DNA of 64,000 bases from contig OZ024741.1 in assembly GCA_964016885.1 (NCBI GenBank), forward strand, positions 259,780,001-259,844,000. The letters run 5' to 3'. This DNA is from Eledone cirrhosa. Taxonomy: Eukaryota. Positions 1 through 10,800 of this stretch are shown here, piece by piece. Position 1 is the first letter of the stretch; each line of letters begins with the position of its first letter. Below the pieces are notes generated by a model. That model saw only the letters and a list, made by a program, of their open reading frames with translations. It had not been told where the DNA came from and made no database searches. Both the position numbers and the translations under genes were made by a program.

Positions 1-1384
1 CACTCGTAAGTCGGAACACTCGTAAATCAGAACACCCGCAAGTCAGAACACTCGTAAATCAGAACACTCTTAAGTCGAAACTCACGTACGCCGAAACACT
101 CGTAAGTCGAAACACTCGTAAGTCGAAACATCCTTAAGTCGAAACACTCGTACACCGAAACACTCGTAAGTATAAACATTAGTAAGTCGAAACACTCGTA
201 TGTCGAAACACTCGTAAACCGAAACACTCGTAAGTCGGAACACTCGTAAGTCAGAACACTCGTAAGTCAGAACACTCGTAAGACGAAACACTCATAAGTC
301 GAAACACTCGTAAGTCGAAACACCCGTAAGTCGAAACACCCGTAAGTCGAAACACTCGTATGTCGAATAACTCGTAAGCCGAAACACCGTAAGTCAAAAC
401 ACTCGTAAGTCGAAACACTCGTAAGTCGAAACACCCATAAGCCGAAACATTCGTAAGCCAAAACATTCGTAAGTCGAAACACTCGTAAACCGAAACACTC
501 GTAAGCCAAAACATTCGTAAGTCGAAACACTCGTAAGTCGAAACACCCATAGCCGAAACACTTGTAAGTCTGAACACACGTAAGTCAGAACACCCGTAAG
601 TCAGAACACTCGTAAGTCAGAACACTCGTAAGTCAGAACACTCGTAAGTCAGAGCACTCGTATCGAAACACTCGTATGTCAAAACACCCGTAAGTCAAAA
701 CACTCGTAAGTCGAAACACTCGTAAGCCGAAACACCGTAAGCCAAAACACTCGTAAGTCGAAACATCCGTAAGTCGGAACACTCGTAAGTCGAAACACTC
801 GTAAGTCGAAACACTCGTAAGCCGAAACACTCGTAAGCCGAAACACTCGTAAGTCGGAACACTCGTAAGTCGGAACACTCGTAAGTCAGAACACTCGTAA
901 GTCAGAACACTCGTAAGTCAGAACACTCGTAAGTCAGAACACTCGTAAGTCGAAACACTCGTATCGAAACACTCGTATGTCAAAACACCCGTAAGTCAAA
1001 ACACTCGTAAGTCGAAACACTCGTAAGTCGAAACACTCGTATGTCGAAACATCCGTAAATCAGAACACTCGTAAGTCGAAACACTCGTAAGTCGAAACAC
1101 TCGTAAGCCGAAACACTCGTAAGTCGAAGCACTCGTATCGAAACACTCGTAAGTCGAAACACCCTTAAGTCAAAACACTCGTAAGCCAAAACACTCGTAA
1201 GTCGAAACACTCGTAAGTCGGAACACTCGTAAGTCAGAACACTCGTAAGTCAGAACACTCGTAAGTGGAAACACGCGTAAGTCGAAAGACCCGTAAGTCA
1301 AAAATCTCGTAAGTCAAAACACTCGTAAGCCGAAACACTCGTAAGTCGAAACACTCGTAAGTCGAAACATTCGTAAAGCGAAAC

Positions 1385-1453
1385 GTATAAATAAAGATTA
1401 ATGTAATGAACTTGAAAAGCATAGATATTTGAAACCGCGTCTATTTGTTATTT
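1385..1453. repeat. 69-bp AT-rich island, copy 1 (haplotype A)
   Basis: GTATAAATAAAGATTAATGTAATGAACTTGAAAAGCATAGATATTTGAAACCGCGTCTATTTGTTATTT, lying between ...TCGTAAAGCGAAAC and TCGTAAG... Confidence 0.97.
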
Positions 1454-2692
1454 TCGTAAGTCGAAACACTCGTAAGTCAGAACACTCGTAAGTCAGAACA
1501 CTCTTAAGTCAGAACACTCGTATCGAAACACGTATGTCAAAACACCCGTAAGTCAAAACACTCGTAAGTCGAAACACTCGTAAGTCGAAACACTCGTAAG
1601 CCGAAACAATCGTAAGTCAAAACACTCGTAAGTCGAAACACTCGTAAGCCGAAAATACTCGTAAGTCGGAACACCCGTAAGCCGAAACCCTCGTAGGTCG
1701 GAACACTCGTAAGTCGAAACACTCGTAAGTCGAAACACCCGTAAGTCGAAACACTCGTAAGTCGAAACACCCGTAAGTCGAAACACTCGTAAGCCGAAAA
1801 TACTCGTAAGTCGGAACACCCGTAAGCCGAAACCCTCGTAGGTCGGAACACTCGTAAGTCGAAACACTCGTAAGTCGAAACACCCGTAAGTCGAAACACT
1901 CGTAAGTCGAAACACCCGTAAGTCGAAACATCCGTAAGTCAAAACACTCGTATGTCGAAACACTCGTAAGCCGAAACACTCGTAAGTCGGAACACTCGCA
2001 AGTCAGAACACTCGTAAGTCAGAACACTCGTAAGTCGAAACACTCGTAAGTCGAAACACCCGTAAGTCGAAACGCCCGTAAGTCAAAACACTCGTATGTC
2101 GAAACACTCGCAAGCCGAAAAACCGTAAGTCAAAACACTCGTAAGTCGAAACACTCGTAAATCGAAACACTCGTAAGCCGAAACACTCGTAAGCGAAAAC
2201 ATTCGTTAGTCGAAACACTCGTATCCCGAAACACTCGTAAGTCGAAACACTCGAAAGCCGAAACACTCGTAAGTCGAAACACTCATAAGCCGAAACACTC
2301 GTAAGTCGGAACACTCGTAAGTCAGAACACCCGTAAATCAGAACACTCGTAGTCAGAACACTCGTAAGTCGAAACACTCGTAAGCCGAAACACTCGCAAG
2401 TCGAAGCACTCGTAATCCGAAACACTCTTAAGTCGAAACACTCGTAAGTCGGAACACTCGTAAGTCAGAACACTCGTAAGTCAGAACACTCGTAAGTTAG
2501 AACACTCGTAAGTCAGAACACTCGTAAGTCAGAACACTCGTAAGTCGAAACACTCGTATCGAAACACTCGTATGTCAAAACACCCGTAAGTCGAAACACT
2601 CGTAATCGAAACACTCGTAAGCCGAAACACTCGTAAGCCGAAACACTCGTAAGTCGAAACACTCGTAAGTCGAAACACTCGTAAAGCGAAAC

Positions 2693-2761
2693 GTATAAAT
2701 AAATATTAATGTAATGAATTTGAAAAGCATAGAGATTTGAAACCGCGTCTATTTGTTATTT
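2693..2761. repeat. 69-bp island, copy 2 (haplotype B)
   Basis: AAATATTA / GAATTTG / GAGATT variant with the same flanks. Confidence 0.97.
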
Positions 2762-3553
2762 TCGTAAGTCGAAACACTCGTAAGCCGAAACACTCGTGAG
2801 CCGAAACACTCGTAAGTCGGAACACTCGTAAGTCAGAACACTCGTAAGTCAGAACACTCGTAAGTTAGAACACTCGTAAGTCAGAACACTCGTAAGTCAG
2901 AACACTCGTAAGTCGAAACACTCGTATCGAAACACTCGTATGTCAAAACACCCGTAAGTCAAAACACTCGTAAGTCGAAACACTCGTAAGTCGAAACACT
3001 CGTAAGCCGAAACACTCGTAAGCCGAAACACTCGTAAGTCGGAACACTCGTAAGTCGGAACACTCGTAAGTCAGAACACTCGTAAGTCAGAACACTCGTA
3101 AGTCAGAACACTCGTAAGTCGAAACACTCGTATCGAAGCACTCGTATGTCAAAACACCCGTAAGTCAAAACACTCGTAAGTCGAAACACTCGTAAGTCGA
3201 AACACTCGTATGTCGAAACATCCGTAAATCAGAACACTCGTAAGTCGAAACACTCGTAAGTCGAAACACTCGTAAGCCGAAACACTCGTAAGTCGAAGCA
3301 CTCGTATCGAAACACTCGTAAGTCGAAACACCCTTAAGTCAAAACACTCGTAAGCCAAAACACTCGTAAGTCGAAACACTCGTAAGTCGGAACACTCGTA
3401 AGTCAGAACACTCGTAAGTCAGAACACTCGTAAGTGGAAACACGCGTAAGTCGAAAGACCCGTAAGTCAAAAATCTCGTAAGTCAAAACACTCGTAAGCC
3501 GAAACACTCGTAAGTCGAAACACTCGTAAGTCGAAACATTCGTAAAGCGAAAC

Positions 3554-3622
3554 GTATAAATAAAGATTAATGTAATGAACTTGAAAAGCATAGATATTTG
3601 AAACCGCGTCTATTTGTTATTT
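3554..3622. repeat. 69-bp island, copy 3 (haplotype A)
   Basis: Identical to copy 1 at +2169. Confidence 0.97.
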
Positions 3623-4686
3623 TCGTAAGTCGAAACACTCGTAAGTCAGAACACTCGTAAGTCAGAACACTCTTAAGTCAGAACACTCGTATCGAAACAC
3701 GTATGTCAAAACACCCGTAAGTCAAAACACTCGTAAGTCGAAACACTCGTAAGTCGAAACACTCGTAAGCCGAAAATACTCGTAAGTCGGAACACCCGTA
3801 AGCCGAAACCCTCGTAGGTCGGAACACTCGTAAGTCGAAACACTCGTAAGTCGAAACACCCGTAAGTCGAAACACTCGTAAGTCGAAACACCCGTAAGTC
3901 GAAACATCCGTAAGTCAAAACACTCGTATGTCGAAACACTCGTAAGCCGAAACACTCGTAAGTCGGAACACTCGCAAGTCAGAACACTCGTAAGTCAGAA
4001 CACTCGTAAGTCGAAACACTCGTAAGTCGAAACACCCGTAAGTCGAAACGCCCGTAAGTCAAAACACTCGTATGTCGAAACACTCGCAAGCCGAAAAACC
4101 GTAAGTCAAAACACTCGTAAGTCGAAACACTCGTAAATCGAAACACTCGTAAGCCGAAACACTCGTAAGCGAAAACATTCGTTAGTCGAAACACTCGTAA
4201 CCCGAAACACTCGTAAGTCGAAACACTCGAAAGCCGAAACACTCGTAAGTCGAAACACTCATAAGCCGAAACACTCGTAAGTCGGAACACTCGTAAGTCA
4301 GAACACCCGTAAATCAGAACACTCGTAGTCAGAACACTCGTAAGTCGAAACACTCGTAAGCCGAAACACTCGCAAGTCGAAGCACTCGTAATCCGAAACA
4401 CTCTTAAGTCGAAACACTCGTAAGTCGGAACACTCGTAAGTCAGAACACTCGTAAGTCAGAACACTCGTAAGTCGAAACACTCGTAAGCCGAAACATCCG
4501 TAAGTCAAAACATCCGTAAGTCAAAACATTCGTAAGTCGAAACACCCGTAGTCGAAACACTCGCAAGTCGAAACACTCGTAAGTCGAAACACGCGTAAGT
4601 CGAAACACATGTAAGTCAAAACACTCGTAAGTCAAAACACTCGTAAGCCGAAACACTCGTAAGTCGAAACACTCGTAAAGCGAAAC

Positions 4687-4755
4687 GTATAAATAAATAT
4701 TAATGTAATGAATTTGAAAAGCATAGAGATTTGAAACCGCGTCTATTTGTTATTT
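4687..4755. repeat. 69-bp island, copy 4 (haplotype B)
   Basis: Identical to copy 2. Confidence 0.97.
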
Positions 4756-5039
4756 TCGTAAGTCGAAACACTCGTAAGCCGAAACACTCGTGAGCCGAAA
4801 CACTCGTAAGTCGGAACACTCGTAAGTCAGAACACTCGTAAGTCAGAACACTCGTAAGTTAGAACACTCGTAAGTCAGAACACTCGTAAGTCAGAACACT
4901 CGTAAGTCGAAACACTCGTATCGAAACACTCGTATGTCAAAACACCCGTAAGTCAAAACACTCGTAAGTCGAAACACTCGTAAGTCGAAACACTCGTAAG
5001 CCGAAACACTCGTAAGCCGAAACACTCGTAAGCCGAAAC

Positions 5040-7890
5040 ACTCGTAAGTCGGAACACTCGTAAGTCAGAACACTCATAAGTCAGAACACTCGTAAGTCAG
5101 AACACTCGTAAGTCGAAACACTCGTAAGCCGAAACACCGTAAGTCGAAACACCCGTATGTCGAAACACTCGTAAGCCGAAACACTCTTAAGTCGAAACAC
5201 TCATAAGCCGAAACACTCGTAAGTCGGAACACTCGTAAATCAGAACACCCGCAAGTCAGAACACTCGTAAATCAGAACACTCTTAAGTCGAAACTTACGT
5301 ACGCCGAAACAATCGTAAGTCGAAACACTCGTAAGTCGAAACATCCTTAAGTCGAAACACTCGTACACCGAAACACTCGTAAGTATAAACATTAGTAAGT
5401 CGAAACACTCGTATGTCGAAACACTCGTAAACCGAAACACTCGTAAGTCGGAACACTCGTAAGTCAGAACACTCGTAAGTCAGAACACTCGTAAGTCGAA
5501 ACACTCATAAGTCGAAACACCCGTAAGTCGAAACACTCGTAAGTCGAAACACCCATAAGCCGAAACACTCGTAAGCCAAAACATTCGTAAGTCGAAACAC
5601 TCGTAAACCGAAACACTCGTAAGCCAAAACATTCGTATGTCGAAACACTCGTAAGTCGAAACACCCATAGCCGAAACACTTGTAAGTCTGAACACACGTA
5701 AGTCAGAACACCCGTAAGTCAGAACACTCGTAAGTCAGAACACTCGTAAGTCAGAACACTCGTAAGTCAGAACACTCGTAAGTCAGAGCACTCGTATCGA
5801 AACACTCGTATGTCAAAACACCCGTAAGTCAAAACACTCGTAAGTCGAAACACTCGTAAGCCGAAACACCGTAAGCCAAAACACTCGTAAGTCGAAACAC
5901 CCCTAAGTCGGAACGCTCGTAAGTCGAAACACTCGTAAGTCGAAACACTCGTAAGCCGAAACACTCGTAAGCCGAAACACTCGTAAGTCGGAACACTCGT
6001 AAGTCGGAACACTCGTAAGTCAGAACACTCGTAAGTCAGAACACTCGTAAGTCAGAACACTCGTAAGTCAGAACACTCGTAAGTCGAAACACTCGTATCG
6101 AAACACTCGTATGTCAAAACACCCGTAAGTCAAAACACTCGTAAGTCGAAACACTCGTAAGTCGAAACATTCGTAAGTCGAAACATCCGTAAATCAGAAC
6201 ACTCTTAAGTCGAAACACTCGTAAGTCGAAACACTCGTAAGCCGAAACACTCGTAAGTCGAAGTACTCGTATCGAAACACTCGTAAGTCGAAACACCCTT
6301 AAGTCAAAACACTCGTAAGCCAAAACACTCGTAAGTCGAAACACTCGTAAGTCGGAACACTCGTAAGTCAGAACACTCGTAAATCAGAACACTCGTAAGT
6401 GGAAACACGCGTAAGTCGAAACACTCATAAGTCGAAACACTCGTAAGCCGAAACACTCGTAAGCCGAAACACTCGTAAGTCGAAACACTCGTAAGTCGGA
6501 ACACTCGTAAGTCAGAACACTCATAAGTCAGAACACTCGTAAGTCAGAACACTCGTAAGTCGAAACACTCGTAAGCCGAAACACCGTAAGTCGAAACACC
6601 CGTATGTCGAAACACTCGTAAGCCGAAACACTCTTAAGTCGAAACACTCATAAGCCGAAACACTCGTAAGTCGGAACACTCGTAAATCAGAACACCCGCA
6701 AGTCAGAACACTCGTAAATCAGAACACTCTTAAGTCGAAACTTACGTACGCCGAAACAATCGTAAGTCGAAACACTCGTAAGTCGAAACATCCTTAAGTC
6801 GAAACACTCGTACACCGAAACACTCGTAAGTATAAACATTAGTAAGTCAAAACACTCGTATGTCGAAACACTCGTAAACCGAAACACTCGTAAGTCGGAA
6901 CACTCGTAAGTCAGAACACTCGTAAGTCAGAACACTCGTAAGTCGAAACACTCATAAGTCGAAACACCCGTAAGTCGAAACACTCGTAAGTCGAAACACC
7001 CATAAGCCGAAACACTCGTAAGCCAAAACATTCGTAAGTCGAAACACTCGTAAACCGAAACACTCGTAAGCCAAAACATTCGTATGTCGAAACACTCGTA
7101 AGTCGAAACACCCATAGCCGAAACACTTGTAAGTCTGAACACACGTAAGTCAGAACACCCGTAAGTCAGAACACTCGTAAGTCAGAACACTCGTAAGTCA
7201 GAACACTCGTAAGTCAGAACACTCGTAAGTCAGAGCACTCGTATCGAAACACTCGTATGTCAAAACACCCGTAAGTCAAAACACTCGTAAGTCGAAACAC
7301 TCGTAAGCCGAAACACCGTAAGCCAAAACACTCGTAAGTCGAAACACCCCTAAGTCGGAACACTCGTAAGTCGAAACACTCGTAAGTCGAAACACTCGTA
7401 AGCCGAAACACTCGTAAGCCGAAACACTCGTAAGTCGGAACACTCGTAAGTCGGAACACTCGTAAGTCAGAACACTCGTAAGTCAGAACACTCGTAAGTC
7501 AGAACACTCGTAAGTCAGAACACTCGTAAGTCGAAACACTCGTATCGAAACACTCGTATGTCAAAACACCCGTAAGTCAAAACACTCGTAAGTCGAAACA
7601 CTCGTAAGTCGAAACATTCGTAAGTCGAAACATCCGTAAATCAGAACACTCTTAAGTCGAAACACTCGTAAGTCGAAACACTCGTAAGCCGAAACACTCG
7701 TAAGTCGAAGTACTCGTATCGAAACACTCGTAAGTCGAAACACCCTTAAGTCAAAACACTCGTAAGCCAAAACACTCGTAAGTCGAAACACTCGTAAGTC
7801 GGAACACTCGTAAGTCAGAACACTCGTAAATCAGAACACTCGTAAGTGGAAACACGCGTAAGTCGAAACACTCATAAGTCGAAACACTCG
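5040..7890. repeat. 1,447-bp tandem duplication at the start of HOR-A
   Basis: ORF pairs 5240/6687, 5767/7214 and 6114/7561. Markers AAACTTACGTACG and GAAGTACTC are doubled. Boundaries are approximate. Confidence 0.9.
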
Positions 7891-10800
7891 TAAGTCGAAA
7901 CACCCGTAAGTCGAAACACCCGTAAGTCGAAACACTCGTATGTCGAATAACTCGTAAGCCGAAACACCGTAAGTCAAAACACTCGTAAGTCGAAACACTC
8001 GTAAGTCGAAACACCCATAAGCCGAAACACTCGTAAGCCAAAACATTCGTAAGTCGAAACACTCGTAAACCGAAACACTCGTAAGCCAAAACATTCGTAA
8101 GTCGAAACACTCGTAAGTCGAAACACCCATAGCCGAAACACTCGTAAGTCTGAACACACGTAAGTCAGAACAGCCGTAAGTCAGAACACTCGTAAGTCAG
8201 AACACTCGTAAGTCAGAACACTCGTAAGTCAGAGCACTCGTATCGAAACACTCGTATGTCAAAACACCCGTAAGTCAAAACACTCGTAAGTCGAAACACT
8301 CGTAAGTCGAAACACTCGTATGTCGAAACATCCGTAAATCAGAACACTCGTAAGTCGAAACACTCGTAAGTCGAAACACTCGTAAGCCGAAACACTCGTA
8401 AGTCGAAGCACTCGTATCGAAACACTCGTAAGTCGAAACACCCTTAAGTCAAAACACTCGTAAGCCAAAACACTCGTAAGTCGAAACACTCGTAAGTCGG
8501 AACACTCGTAAGTCAGAACACTCGTAAGTCAGAACACTCGTAAGTGGAAACACGCGTAAGTCGAAAGACCCGTAAGTCAAAAATCTCGTAAGTCAAAACA
8601 CTCGTAAGCCGAAACACTCGTAAGTCGAAACACTCGTAAGTCGAAACACCCGTAAGTCGGAACACTCGTAAGTCAGAATACTCGTAAGTCAAAACACTCG
8701 TAAACCGGAACACCCGTAAGGCAAAACATTCGCATGTCAAAACACTCGTAAGCCGAAACACTCGTAAGTCGAAACACTCGTAAGTCGAAACACTCGTAAG
8801 TCGAAACACTCGTAAGTCAGTGCACCCGTAAGTCAGAACACTCGTAGTCAGAATACTCGTAAGTAGAAACACTCGTATGTCGAAACACCCGTAAGTCGAA
8901 ACACTCATAAGTCGAAACACTCGTAAGCCGAAACACCCGTAAGTCAAAACATTCGTAAGTCAAAACACTCGTAAGTCGAAACACCCGTAAGTCAAAACAC
9001 TCGTATGTCGAAACACTCGTAAGCCGAAACAACGTAAGTAAAAACACTCGTAAGTCGAAACACCCATAAGTCGAAACACTCGTAAGCCGAAACACTCGTA
9101 AGTCGAAACACTCATAAGCCGAAACACTCGTAAGTCGGAACACTCGTAAATCAGAACACCCGCAAGTCAGAACACTCGTAAATCAGAACACTCTTAAGTC
9201 GAAACTCACGTACGCTGAAACACTCGTAAGTCGAAACACTCGTAAGTCGAAACATCCTTAAGTCGAAACACTCGTACACCGAAACACTCGTAAGTATAAA
9301 CATTAGTAAGTCGAAACACTCGTAAGCCGAAACACTCGTAAGTCGAAACACCCGTAAATCGAAACACCCCTAAGTCAAAACACTCGTATGTCGAAACACT
9401 CGTAAACCGAAACACTCGTAAGTCGGAACACTCGTAAGTCAGAACACTCGTAAGTCAGAACACTCGTAAGTCGAAACACTCATAAGTCGAAACACTCGTA
9501 AGTCGAAACACCCGTAAGTCGAAACCCCCGTAAGTCGAAACACTCGTATGTCGAATAACTCGTAAGCTGAAACACCGTAAGTCAAAACACTCGTAAGTCA
9601 AAACACTCGTAAGTCGAAACACCCATAAGCCGAAACACTCGTAAGCCAAAACATTCGTAAGTCGAAACACTCGTAAACCGAAACACTCGTAAGCCAAAAC
9701 ATTCGTAAGTCGAAACACTCGTAAGTCGAAACACCCATAGCCGAAACACTCGTAAGTCGGAACACACGTAAGTCAGAACACCCGTAAGTCAGAACACTCG
9801 TAAGTCAGAACACTCGTAAGTCAGAGCACTCGTATCGAAACACTCGTATGTCAAAACACCCGTAAGTCAAAACACTCGTAAGTCGAAACACTCGTAAGCC
9901 GAAACACCGTAAGCCAAAACACTCGTAAGTCGAAACACCCGTAAGTCGGAACACTCGTAAGTCGAAACACTCGTAAGTCGAAACACTCGTAAGCCGAAAC
10001 ACTCGTAAGCCGAAACACTCGTAAGTCGGAACACTCGTAAGTCGGAACACTCGTAAGTCAGAACACTCGTAAGTCAGAACACTCGTAAGTCAGAACACTC
10101 GTAAGTCAGAATACTCGTAAGTCGAAACACCCGTAAGTCGAAACACCCGTAAGTCGAAACACTCGTATGTCGAATAACTCGTAAGCCGAAACACCGTAAG
10201 TCAAAACACTCGTAAGTCGAAACACTCGTAAGTCGAAACACCCATAAGCCGAAACACTCGTAAGCCAAAACATTCGTAAGTCGAAACACTCGTAAACCGA
10301 AACACTCGTAAGCCAAAACATTCGTAAGTCGAAACACTCGTAAGTCGAAACACCCATAGCCGAAACACTTGTAAGTCTGAACACACGTAAGTCAGAACAC
10401 CCGTAAGTCAGAACACTCGTAAGTCAGAACACTCGTAAGTCAGAACACTCGTAAGTCAGAGCACTCGTATCGAAACACTCGTATGTCAAAACACCCGTAA
10501 GTCAAAACACTCGTAAGTCGAAACACTCGTAAGCCGAAACACCGTAAGCCAAAACACTCGTAAGTCGAAACACCCGTAAGTCGGAACACTCGTAAGTCGA
10601 AACACTCGTAAGTCGAAACACTCGTAAGCCGAAACACTCGTAAGCCGAAACACTCGTAAGTCGGAACACTCGTAAGTCGGAACACTCGTAAGTCAGAACA
10701 CTCGTAAGTCAGAACACTCGTAAGTCAGAACACTCGTAAGTCAGAACACTCGTAAGTCGAAACACTCGTATCGAAACACTCGTATGTCAAAACACCAGTA

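Larger units (their letters stand above)
820..4466. repeat. ~2-kb duplication (offset 2169 then 1976 bp)
   Basis: ORF pairs 980/3149 and 1234/3403 (+2169), then 2003/3979 (+1976). The first copy carries an extra 145-bp duplication. Boundaries are approximate. Confidence 0.85.

Noticed and set aside
1425-1440. Nematode piRNA Ruby-like motif (minus strand CGGTTTCA; monomers have GTGTTTCG)
   Set aside because: The match to CTGTTTCA is imperfect, the GTTTC core is simply part of every monomer, the host is unknown, and there are no small-RNA data.
1385-1453. Island as a MITE/SINE or other mobile element
   Set aside because: No terminal inverted repeats, target-site duplication, A/B boxes or poly(A) tail. 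Identical flanks in all copies show co-amplification with the array.
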